This document shows positions 11,827-22,554 of a stretch of 64,000 nucleotides of DNA, piece after piece. The position numbers and the translations under genes are program-made. This stretch comes from Podarcis muralis. Lineage: Eukaryota. The notes beneath the pieces are model-generated. The model worked only from the letters and a program-made list of their open reading frames with translations, was not told the origin of the DNA and did not search any database. The stretch covers positions 41,292,001 through 41,356,000 of the forward strand of contig NC_135655.1 in NCBI RefSeq assembly GCF_964188315.1, written 5' to 3'. The first letter of the stretch is position 1. Every line of letters begins with the position of its first letter.

Positions 11827-11908
11827 AGAAGAAGAGGAGGAGTTTGGATTTGATATCCCGCTTTATCACTACCCGAAGGAGTCTCAAAGCGGCTAACATT
11901 CTCCTTTC
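11827..11908 (-). mobile_element. Squam3-like SINE 3' fragment
   Basis: Nearly identical to 880-960 (GAGTTTGGATTTGATATCCCGCTTTATCACTACC...GCGGCTAACATTCTCC). Confidence 0.85.
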
Positions 11909-12269
11909 TGATTTATTTTTTAAAACAGATGACTACCTTTAGGTTGAGCAGAAATGCTTGAAGCATGGATCTTTTGAACCCAGAAAATGAAATAAAATTC
12001 CTTACAGTGAAGGTTTTCTGGGTTCATTTGACTAAGAGGCAGAGAGAGCGATAGACTTATTTTGAACCTAGCAAAATACCTATTGTACAATAAAAATAGC
12101 AAAACTGCTCAACTGCACATTTGTGTGGAGGGAACAGGGGAAACACCCCCCCCCCCAAATAAAAATCTGTTTGGAGGAAAAAGCAACAAATGCAACACAA
12201 GAGAAAAGAAATGCTCATGCAGTCAAGTCGTGCTTGAAAAATAGAATCGCATGACTTTTACATCACACT

Positions 12270-13130
12270 TGCCTGTGACCCTGGCACAATGTCATGCCCT
12301 CCCTCCAGCTGTCATTGAAGGATGATACAGGAAGATTGCTTACTCAGAGGGACAATACCCCTGTGACCCTGGACAAATAGAAACAACAGAGCATGTGCTT
12401 CTCCAGTGCCTACACTATAGAGACATTTGTATAACCTCATCTCCCCACTACTCCCAAAGTACCCAGGGTGTACAGGACAATTCTATACCTCCCTGCTGCT
12501 GTCAGATACCAATCCTGCTGCAACACAGTGTTGCCAGATTCTGCACAGCTGCATTCAAAATTTTTCAGAGGATGACCTGTGCCACAAACTAGATCTAATG
12601 AACACTCACATCAGAGTGCTCTCTGAACTGATGGTTGTAGTCTTTTATATACTAACCTTTTATGCTCTTCCATATCCGTTTAATGTTCCTAACCCTTCTT
12701 TTAGATTCTTTTAGTTTCTTTTATATTCTTTTAGTTTCTTTTAGATTCTTATAGTCTTTTAGGTATACCTTCTGCTTTAATACTTTTAAGATTTCCAAAA
12801 CGTTTTAGAAGAAGAAGAAGAGGAGGAGGAGGAGTTTGGATTTGATATCCTGCTTTATCACTATCCTAAGGAGTCTCAAAGCGGCTAACAATCTCCTTTC
12901 CCTTCCTCCCCCACAACAAACACTCTGTGAGGTGAGTGGGGCTGAGAGACTTCAGAGAAGTGTGACTAGCCCAAGGTCACCCAGCAGCTGCATGTGGAGG
13001 AGCGGAGACGCGAACCCGGTTCCCCAGATTACGAGTCTACCGCTCTTAACCACTACACCACACTGGCTCTTACAGATTCTAAATGATTGTACCTCACTCT
13101 ACTTAAGCTGGTCTATGACCGTAATAAAGA

Positions 13131-13164
<34 letters not shown>
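12270..13164 (+). mobile_element. Degenerate non-LTR retrotransposon 3' end (RTEX-like) with CCHC knuckle and (GATT)n tail
   Basis: Frameshifted translation reads RKIAYSEGQYPCDPGQIETTEHVLLQC...CVARFCTAAFKI. Ends CTGGTCTATGACCGTAATAAAGA(TTGA)n. Interrupted by the SINE at 12808-13070. Clade assignment is inferred. Confidence 0.5.
12808..13070 (-). mobile_element. Full-length Squam3-like SINE
   Basis: Highly similar to 880-1127; A box TGGTGTAGTGG and B box GGTTCGCGTC on the minus strand. Confidence 0.85.
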
Positions 13165-13352
13165 ACATCACACTAGCCCAGGATGTTTTCTGAAAATAAA
13201 TCTTCAAAGATATCTGCCACTCCACTCTCTTATACAGAAACATACCTGATGCCCTATTGCTGCATCAATGCCTCATCTAACCTTCAAATAGGCTGGTAAA
13301 CCCAGGATCTGCCAGAGCAGCACCACTGCCCTCTAGAGAGCCACCTGCTTCC

Positions 13353-13354
<2 letters not shown>

Positions 13355-13387
<33 letters not shown>
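13355..13387. repeat. (GT)n microsatellite
   Basis: Direct reading. Confidence 0.95.
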
Positions 13388-13391
<4 letters not shown>

Positions 13392-14668
13392 AGATGGTGG
13401 AGCCTTGGTGGCGTTCACAGAGTTCATCATTCATAGGGTTGGTTATGTGTTCCTGCTCTCCACCAAGTTCACTGAAAATTAGACTGAATGCAAACCTGGC
13501 AAGAGTGGATTTCTTCTTCATGTGTGAAGAATGAGAAAATAAATATGAGAATTACAACCCAGCGTTGTTACTAGTGGGCACTGAATTTCCAGGACTTTAC
13601 AGCACAGTTTAATGTTGTTTTAAGGAGCCCAGCACCAGCTCGACTGCAACACTGCAGGTAACGAACAGGGGCGCATTGTCAGGGACATTAGTGCCAATTA
13701 CATTATTAACTGAGGAATCTGAGGCATGTGTTTGGATTACCTACTCATTTCATTCCTTTTCCTGTTGTTGATCCTTTCAAGCAGTAGCAATTTTTCCAAT
13801 TACAGGAATCGCTGGGGCCACGTCTGTGGACACTGGGCCTTCAGTCTTGGTAGGAAAAGATTCTGTAAGATGGTTTACATTGCCGTTTCCTCCGAGGGAG
13901 CCTGCAGCACACAGTATATGGCTTAAGGCTTAGCAGAGCACATACCACGGCTATAGGATGTAGTGCATCTCAAGGGGCTTTGTGGCTGTTGAATTCTTAA
14001 AATAAACGGTTCCTTCCAGCCTGAGACGAGCATTAAAAATATATGTTTGCTTGCCAAAGCTGTGCAAACACACTAATTCAAATAAACCTGATCAATTATG
14101 TAAAAAGACAAGGCTTTGGGGAAGCAAGTAAGGATGGATGGATGAAGGGAAGAGGTTTGATTCCAGCCCCCCACCCGCTCATCACTTTTTCCTCAGCTGC
14201 ACACATGCGAGGGAAAGCCAGCTGCTGTGGTCAGTATATTCTAACTATACAGAAGTAGGCAAGGTTCTTCTTTGCTTTGAGGTTTGCGAAGTATGACTTG
14301 AAATGTTGAAAAACAAATAGGATAGTCCCAGGAGCACATGTTTGCTTTCTGGAGATGGAGATGGAAGCACCGTTGTTTTTGCAACACCTTCACTTCTCCA
14401 ACATTGGCTGCAGATTGGGCCACCAGGGGTTTATTGAGATCAGTGTCTGGGTTCACAGTAAAGGGATCTTTTTGTACACATATCTGAATCCTAAATATAT
14501 TATTTGGAAGTAAGTCCCGTCGTGTGTGGGACTTATTTGGACATGCCCCAAAGAAATATTTGTTTCTCAGTAAAGTGTTTGGGGATTACACACTTTGTGT
14601 CTCTGAGCCATAGATGAGAGAAACCATCAGTGTCTTCAGAGGTAGAGGGTGAGTTAGTTATAACTCCA

Positions 14669-15099
14669 TGTCAGGGAACTGCCATCGGAGCTAGAGGCGG
14701 AGGGAAGGCTCCAGAGTGATGCTGGAGAGGGTCCCAGCAGGGAGAGAGGCAGCCCATCTGCTGGGGAAGGAAATCAGCGTAACACCAGTGGAGAAGGGGG
14801 GCAGATGGGGGAATCAGAGAGGAGGCTCCAGGACTCTTCGCCGGAGACCAGCGGAGAGAGTACGGGTCCTCCGCTGCCCACACCTTCCCTGCGCAGAAGA
14901 CTTCCACGCAGGGAGAGTAGGAGACTTGGCGTCAAACAGCTTTTATGCTGGAAAAGGTTCAAGAAACGCCCACTGACGGATTCTGCCAGCGACTGAGACA
15001 GTCACGATGCTGAAGGCTGTTCAGTCAGAAAGGGTTAACCAGGTAACCTAGCCAGGAGTGGCGGCAACTTACGCACGAGCAATCCCTAGACCCATTACA
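14669..15099. mobile_element. Solo LTR, GC/CpG-rich (Gypsy- or ERV-type)
   Basis: TGT...ACA ends; 5-bp TSD CTCCA at 14664-14668 and 15100-15104. Confidence 0.85.
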
Positions 15100-15693
15100 C
15101 TCCAGGACAGGGAAATGCAAGAGCACAGCATATTATGAGAAGGTTGCTGCATCTTTCTTTGTGGAGACCATCAGCAGATGAGGAGAACCAAGAAGAACCA
15201 CTTCTCTTCCCAGGAGCATTTTGCATGGTATTGTTATGTACACTCCAATCTATGAGTGGCAAGAGATTTCAGGGTTTTCAACATGCACCTTGGGTTTGGA
15301 TTCCTTGGAATGAAAGTCACTGGAGTCAGGTGATGTTTCTGGGATGCACAGTTTATCCACACATAGATACGGGTTGAGCAAGAGATGGAAGGCTCATAGC
15401 ATTAACACTCTTGTTCCCCATTACGTTTCTAGGTGCCACCAATTCTATAGCTTGGGTTCCCCACACAGAGCAAGTCAAGCCTCTGGCTTTCTTTTGGACA
15501 CAGTTCCATTTTTTTGATCTCTTTCATGCATGGAAAACCAGATCATATCACCCTTAGCCAGGGCATGGGTGGGGAGAAGAAAGATGTGCCCGCTTCCAGA
15601 AAGAACTCTAGCTTCTGCAGCAACAGTTTCTCTGTACTTGGTCATCTCTTTCATTATGCAAAGGCCCATTCTCCTAACAAAAGGGATTGTGCC

Positions 15694-15776
15694 AGAAGTG
15701 TGCATGCACACGAAAGCTCATACCAATAACAAACTTAGTTGGTTTCTAAGGTGCTACTGGAAGGAATTTTTTTTAT
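15694..15776 (+). mobile_element. Penelope-like pseudo-LTR (pLTR) fragment, truncated inside the hammerhead core
   Basis: AGAAGTGTGCATGCACACGAAAGCTCATACCAATAACAAACTTAGTTGG..TAAGGTGCTACTGGAAGGAATTTT; same family as 26424 and 51241. Confidence 0.75.
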
Positions 15777-15976
15777 CTTGATCACCCTGTTTGATCTTCG
15801 GGAGCCAGACTCAAAAGGTTGGGTGGGACCTCAAACACACATTTATTCTAACCCCAATCTCATTACAATATTTTACAGTATTAGAGCTGTTTTGGAAGCC
15901 TTTCCCCTCTATAAAGGCATACATGATTTTTTGACTAAAGAGGGTAAAATATTACACCTTAAAAAAGTCAATAAAG

Positions 15977-15978
<2 letters not shown>

Positions 15979-16025
<47 letters not shown>
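15979..16025. repeat. (AT)n microsatellite
   Basis: Direct reading. Confidence 0.95.
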
Positions 16026-16027
<2 letters not shown>

Positions 16028-17051
16028 CTACTACTCCTCCAGACCTCAAGGCTGCCCCAGAGCTTGACTGTAACCTTACAATAACTGGCTGGGATCCAAT
16101 TAGGCCCCGAATGTCCTGTAAAAGGCAATGGGATGTGGGCTGAGTTTGAAATGTCTATGACTTTTGAGTTGGACCAGCTAGCTAAGGATTCTGCTTCTAG
16201 CGATAGAAAGTTCTGGTTCTAGTATAGGAATCTATCCTTGAAACAAATAGAAGGGGAGCAGTAATTCACTTCAGCGAAAATATGGACAAACATTAGGAAC
16301 AAGTTCTCTTTTGGAGGAGATATGCTTTCTTGAGGCTCAGGAGAAAAGTTCATACCCCGAGTCTGTTTACCCAAGAACTGAATGTGGTTGGCACTTCATA
16401 TTTTTGGCTGTGCTTGGAGATATCTGAAGGGAAGTTTCTGACAGCTCCCACAAATTCAGTGTATAACAAGATCCATCAAAATGTATATATTCCAGATTTC
16501 CCCTCCCCCCCCCATGTATTTTAAACTGTAAAGTTAGCTGCAAACTGAAGTTAGCATTAAACATTGGATGGCTTTGGAGCTAGGCCATGAAGTCAACTTT
16601 GTTTTTAATCTGATGGTTTGCTTATCCTGTGATACTCTGAAATGAAAAGTGCAATAAAGGCAGTCTGTGGTAGGTGGTGATAAACCTGGAGTCATACAGA
16701 CTACAATGTTGTCTAGAGGGAACGGAAAGGTTTGGGACTCCTCAAAGAGTTGACGCTAGATGATATGTTTAGGATTATAGCCTTGTGCATAGTTTCCTTT
16801 TGGCTCCCTCCTGTTTCCATGGCACAAATTTGTGCCATTAACTTCTAGTTTATTACCACGGTGACTATATCCCAGTATTATTGTGTTTAGATTATTAACA
16901 TCCTAAAATATTAAAAGACACATTTAAAGATTCCACGTTAGTAACTTGAGGAAAATCCTTACCTTGCTAAATGTTGGCTGGAGGCTGTCAGCTAGGGGTA
17001 GGGATACGGAGCAAAATTTTGTTTACAAGTTCCCACTTGTAACTATATATA

Positions 17052-17468
17052 CTGTATTTTTCGCCCCATAGGGCGCACCTAGTTTTTTTTTTTGGGGGGG
17101 GGATAAAGAAAAAAATTTATTTCCCCCCCAGGCGCGGGGCTGGGGCGGGGGAAGACCAAGCTTCCCCCGACCCCAGCCCCCAGAACAGGCTGCTATCCAC
17201 AAGCCTTGGGAGCCCAGCGGGAGCTCCCCAGGCTTGCGGATATCTGCCCAAAGCCTGGGGCGCGCTGCTTCTGCAAGTCTAGGGAGCCCTGTGGGAACTT
17301 CCTGTGGATAGCTTCCTGAAGCCTGGAGAGCAAGAGGGGTCGGTGCGCACCAACCCCTCTCGCTCTCCAGGCTTCAGCGAAAGCCTGCATTCACCCCATA
17401 GGACACACACACATTTCCCCTTCATTTTTGGAGGGGAAAAAGTGCGTCCTATAGGGCAAAAAATACGG
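17052..17468. mobile_element. Tc1/mariner (Tc2-like) non-autonomous element
   Basis: TIR C(T/C)GTATTTTT.GCCC.ATAGG.CGCAC at both ends; TA TSD (17050-51, 17469-70); GC-rich interior. Confidence 0.8.
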
Positions 17469-17604
17469 TAAGTAATTAGGATCTTTAAGAAAAAAACAGA
17501 TTTGGTGAAAAAATCTGGCCAGAGATCAGAGATAAGGTTCTGTTCTTATCCTTTCCAATTAGTCTCTCCTGAGTATGGGGCAGATCACATAGCACAGGTC
17601 TGGG

Positions 17605-17761
17605 CAGGGCATTTTTTCAGCTGGAAATCACCAGAACTCAATTCCAGCACCTCTCAGGTGGGTTCCGACACCTCTCAGATGGGTGTATTGCCATTCTAAA
17701 GAGAACAAAGGAAGCATTCAGGGTGAGTTCTGGCACCTCTTTTTCTAGAAAAATAGCACTG
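17605..17761. mobile_element. hAT MITE
   Basis: Imperfect TIR CAGGGCATTTTTTCAG / CTAGAAAAATAGCACTG; 8-bp TSD GGTCTGGG/AGTCTGGG. Confidence 0.75.
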
Positions 17762-18545
17762 AGTCTGGGCAACTTCTCTCAGTCCAAAGGCCACATTCCT
17801 TCATAGGGAACTTTCTGAGGGCTACATGCCAGTGATTAGTGGGGACACAGGCAAAAGTGGGAAGGACCAGAGGCAACAGTATTTGGAACACAGGATGTAG
17901 CTCCTCATTTGTATAGTAGGTTATATTATTGCCACACAAAAGTGAGAGGTTTATATGTGCAGACCTCTCCGTTTGCCATCCAGGCAAGAAAGAGACTTTG
18001 TCACAGTTTCCTGTGGTTTCCTGTCCCTGCCACAGCACAAGGTTGCTGTGGATAAATGGCTTCCCCAATAAGCATTCCTATCCCAGCCATAATTTTTTAC
18101 AAGTGCTTATTACCGTATATGGCTTCTTCCAATTGTGTTGTGAGGCTCCATGTTCCTGCTGTCCGATATCAGCAGCCACAGGGAATGAGGCATGGAGACT
18201 TTACAAATACTTGCAGTTACAATGGCTTGGGTTTTACCAATGGAAAGAGGAAGGCCATTTCTAATAGCATCCCCATGCAAATATTATGTGTGCTGTCTCT
18301 CTTACTCAAGTCACTAATAGAGTTCCACAGGTGTCGAAGAGTTTGACACCTGTGAATTGCTTCTTAGAAGCAGCCTACACAACCCCAGCTTGACACGAAG
18401 GGCCCCTTCCTTCACCCAAATTCTCGACCTATTGTAAGAAGAAGGCCTCCCTTGGTTTGTGGTCGGTGGGAGAAGAACACACACAACCCTTCTGCATCCT
18501 TCTCCATGTTGAGATTTACAGGCACTTGGAAGCAGCAGGAGAACC

Positions 18546-18930
18546 TGTTGGCTATTTGCAGTATGGTAGCGCTGCAGATAGCTTGCTGGGGAGATCATGC
18601 ATTAAAAATGAAAAGGACTCAAAAATAACTTAAACAAGGTTTTAATAAGAAAAACAAAAACTCCATTTACACTAAATACATTAACAACCAAACCAGACCC
18701 AACCACCAACCCAAACCCCTGGGTAATGGGAGAGCTAGGTGCTGCTCCTTATATACTAAACCCAAATGCTGACACACCTTAATCAAATACAACTCAGCAG
18801 CACCTGCTATGTTTCACAGCTTTAAAGTTGGGTCTCGTTATCTTGCTCTGGCCCTTGCTCTGGCCCCTTTAAGATATACACATCGAGTGGAACAATGATG
18901 AACCTTTACATTTAAAGAAACCATTCAACA
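18546..18930 (-). mobile_element. Solo LTR
   Basis: TGTTG...CAACA ends; 5-bp TSD GAACC (18541-18545, 18931-18935). Minus-strand TATATAA (~18749-18755) is followed by ATTAAA (18641-18646). Confidence 0.8.
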
Positions 18931-19204
18931 GAACCTGCCTTCAAAGCCCAGTGAGTAAACATTGTACTGGTACTCCATCCCATGCTTTGAAGGCACTCAA
19001 TGGTGGTGGAAAGTTTTCTCTCCTTCCAACCACCCAAAAGTCCTGGTGGGAGGCAGATCTTTTCCTCCCTCTTCTCTTGAGTCCTATGCATATGCCAGAA
19101 GACTTAAGAGAGAGAGAAGAGGTAATTACAAATTATGGCTGACTGGCAAAACCAGATACAAATTTTGGACCCCTGATAACAGCTCATGCTCCTAGTTCAG
19201 GGTA

Positions 19205-19426
19205 CAGTGGTAACTCAGGTTATGTACGCTTCAGGTTACGCACGCTTCTGGTTACAGACTCCGCTAACCCAGAACTTTGCTTCAGGATGAGAACAGAAAT
19301 CGTGCTCCAGCGGCGCGGCAGCAGCAGGAGGCCCCATTAACTAAAGTGGTACCTCAGGTTAAGAACAGTTTCAGGTTAAGAACGGACCTCCTGAACGAAT
19401 TAAGTACTTAACCTGAGGTACCACTG
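19205..19426. mobile_element. Tigger-like MITE
   Basis: Same family as 9694; TA TSD. Confidence 0.9.
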
Positions 19427-20995
19427 TATATCATTGGCTGTAATTTGAGCTGGCTAAGGATCTCAGGGCAGCTGTGGGGTATGGCACAATGGAACTGCTT
19501 TGATCAAAAGGAAAACTGTACCTTGGGAGCATAACCTCTACTATTAGCTCACTGAAACTTTGTTTTCTCTGTGCTGTATTAACAAAAAAAATTGCCTTGT
19601 TGTTCTAATGTCCTCAAATCACCCCTTGGCACCTTCTTATTTTAGCAGCACCACACCCAGACTATGGACCTCCCCGGCTACCACATTTTCTCTACCAGAG
19701 GCAGCTGGATGCTCAGAGGTTGATCTCACTGCCCACTGTGGAGACTGTCAGTGTTCAATTGTCAGCTGGAAATAGAGTCACTGTGCCAACCATTCCAAAG
19801 GAATAGCACAGCACAATTAGTATGCTTCAAATATTTTACTGTGGGTAAGGGTTGGCCAACCTCCATAAAAATCCAGTGTTTTAAGAGGTGTTTGGTGACT
19901 CACTTGATTGTTAGAGGCCAGTGGTGGCTAGTCGCATCTTCCCCCTGAATTTTTTTGTTATTTTGTTACGTAACACTCTAAAATTCAAAAATGTCAAGTT
20001 TGAGTAAGAACGGAAGTGGATGAAATGTGTGTGTGGTCTTATCACAAAACGGCTGCATTGCTCACATGCAGGAACACTTGGCAGCTTGCCATTTGCATCA
20101 AATAGTAGAAGGAGGGAAAAGGAGCCGAGTGCTGCAATTTTCTCAGACTGTCATTGTGAAAGCTTGCCAAGAAGATAACGACGTGCTAATTGTTCTTATT
20201 TCTCCCATCTCTGAATCCCTAGGGACAATAAAATAAATAGAGACAGGAATGTACGTTCACAGGAAAAGCAATCCAAAATTTACAGCCAGACAGTACATAA
20301 TGACTCTGTTTTGTGACACTTTAGTTCCTCTCAATACAAGCATTTCTGTAGATTACAGACATTTAGCTCCTAAAGGAAAGATAATTTTCTTGCACACCAT
20401 CCCAACCCATGAGGAGTGCGAGATTCCAGGAGTTCTGGCACTTACCCAGGTTTCATGTTTCCTTTGGAATAAAGGACAACGTAGACTGTGGGGTCTTTAT
20501 GATGCATGGTTTATTTGCACATATATACAACCTGAGCCTACGATGGAGGGGTTCACAGCATTAACATCCTAAGAGAGTCCTGCTTCTTCCATAGCCACCG
20601 CCTTGGAATCTGTCTGGCACAGAGCCACTTCCTTTCTTACCAGAATGGCCCATACATACTTAGAGCGTCATCACCTCACCAGGAAGCTAGCTTGGCTATT
20701 TGAGGAAGTGAATCTGTGCCAGACAGATTCAAGGCTGTGGCTCCACCTCACCAAACATAGAGAAAGGCAGCCAGAGCCCCAATTTCTCTGCCTTGAATCT
20801 CCTCCAGCATCCTCTGACCTTATCTGGGGAAGCTTCAGAATTTCCAGTGCTCAGAAGCCCATCCAAGTATTCAGCTCATTCATGTGAGGGGGGAGAGGGG
20901 AGTTGTGCACGTCCAGTGTGTCCCTCTTGCCATCCTCTGCGTATTGGAGGTGGAGCTTGCTCTAGGTATGGCAAGCCAATGTGGGGAGCTTCTCT

Positions 20996-21881
20996 CTCTC
21001 TTTTTTAAAAAAATATTTTTTATTCATTTTCCAAACAAGTTTTATACAGACAACAAATTATTTTACACTCATGCTTCAATTTTTGACTTCCCTCAGTTTC
21101 TCTGTCAATCTTTCGAAAAATTTCTATTTATTGACGCATTTCTAAACATAATATTGCCTTTCCCCACTCCTTTTCCTCTTACTCTCTTTTTTGCAGTATT
21201 TCTTACTATTTCACAGAGTCTCTTCAAAACCAACAAGCGTTGTATGTGCATCACATATATTTTTCAGATATTCTGTAAATTTTCCCCACTCCTCGATAAA
21301 CTTTTGGTCTTTCTGGTATCGAATCTTCCCAGTCAATTTGTCCAATTCTGCATATTCGGTCAGTTTCCTTCTCCATTCTTCCACTGTTGGAATTTCTTCC
21401 TGTTTCCATCTTTGGGCCAGAAGTAACCTTGCGGCAGTCACTGCATATTGAAACAGTTTACAGTCTCTCTTATTGATTTCGTTTCCTACCATTCCTAATA
21501 GAAAGGCTTCTAGTTTTTTAACGAACGTATATTTCAACATCTTTTTCAATTCATTGTATATCATTTCCCAGAAGTCTTTCACCTTTTTACACTCCCACCA
21601 CATATGATAGAAAGTACCTTCTTTTTCTTTACATTTCCAACACTTATTGCATGTTTTATACATTTTGGCCAGTTTAACTGGCGTTATATACCATCTGTAA
21701 AACATTTTCATTACATTTTCTTTCAACGCAGTACATGCCGTAAATTTTAGCCTTTCATTCCATAATTTCATCCAATCATCATACTGTATATTGTAACCAA
21801 AGTCTCTTGCCCAGTGTATCATTACTACTTTTACCTCTTCATCTTTTGTATGCCACTCCAGCAACATTTTGTACATTTTAG
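20996..21881 (-). mobile_element. L1-clade LINE, 5'-truncated, open ORF2 C-terminus
   Basis: ORF 21211..21900 carries CWKC...HMWWEC (CCHC knuckle). A-rich tail; 15-bp TSD GTGGGGAGCTTCTCT (20981-20995, 21882-21896). Confidence 0.9.
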
Positions 21882-22214
21882 GTGGGGAGCTTCTCTGCAT
21901 TGGACAGACTCCTCAATTGCCCTTTAGTGTGGACACAAGAAGGGAGTGGGGGAAGCAAGTAAGGCCCTACTTATCCCTCTTACACAGTAGGAATCATGTG
22001 ATGCTGAGGTTTCAGCTAAGACTAGAGGCTGAGCAATGCTTACATGTGGCTGCTGATGCCCCTCCGCCTTGATATTTGAAAGTGACATTGCCACTTCCAC
22101 AGGGGCCTAATAAAGAAGCATTTATTACAGTGCTGTGTCCAGCAGTAAAGTTTACATCCATAAAAGCAACTTTTCAAAACCTTGCAAAGCAAGATTGTAC
22201 ATTTAGATATAGTA

Positions 22215-22458
22215 CAGTGGTACCTCGAGTTACAAATGCCTCAGGTTACAAACGCTATAGGTTACAAACTCCGCTAATCTGGAAGAGTTACCTCGAGTTG
22301 AGAACTTTGCCCCAGGACGAGAATGGAAATTGTGTGCTGGCGGCGCAGCAGCAGCAGCGGGAGGCCCCATTGGCAAAAGCACGCCTCTAGTTAAGAACAG
22401 TTTCAGGTTAAGAAGGGACCTCCGGAATGAATGAAGTTCATAACTAGAGGTACCACTG
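22215..22458. mobile_element. Tigger-like MITE (divergent subfamily)
   Basis: TIR CAGTGGTACCTC/GAGGTACCACTG; left TA intact, right reads CA. Confidence 0.85.
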
Positions 22459-22533
22459 CAAATCATTTTTACAATATTCCACTTTCCAGTTCATATGAAA
22501 TCATGACTTGTCACTGTCTCTTTCTTTTCATAG

Positions 22534-22554
22534 TGAGTTGTTTTAGCTATCAAG
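22534..22554 (+). other. Candidate 21-nt microexon
   Basis: Acceptor CTGTCTCTTTCTTTTCATAG, donor AAG|GTAAGC. Only one frame is open (xSCFSYQx). Supported by splice signals only. Confidence 0.3.

Noticed and set aside
13385-13407. TGAGGTAG, matching the let-7 5' end
   Set aside because: Only 8 nt match, it abuts a (GT)n tract, and no precursor hairpin is present.
14671-14996. Four overlapping ORFs in a GC-rich block, suggesting an exon or CpG island
   Set aside because: All lie inside the TSD-bounded solo LTR; GC richness explains the open frames.
15788-16080. Possible fourth solo LTR (TG...TTACA with AATAAA on the minus strand)
   Set aside because: Flanks CACCC and ATAAC do not form a TSD.
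17597-17769. Two different hAT MITEs (5017 and 17605) share the TSD core GTCTGGG
   Set aside because: Consistent with the known NTCTAGAN-like hAT-Charlie target preference; not novel.
20884-21451. Plus-strand ORFs here and the minus ORF 57372-57650
   Set aside because: Antisense frames of L1 ORF2 remnants.
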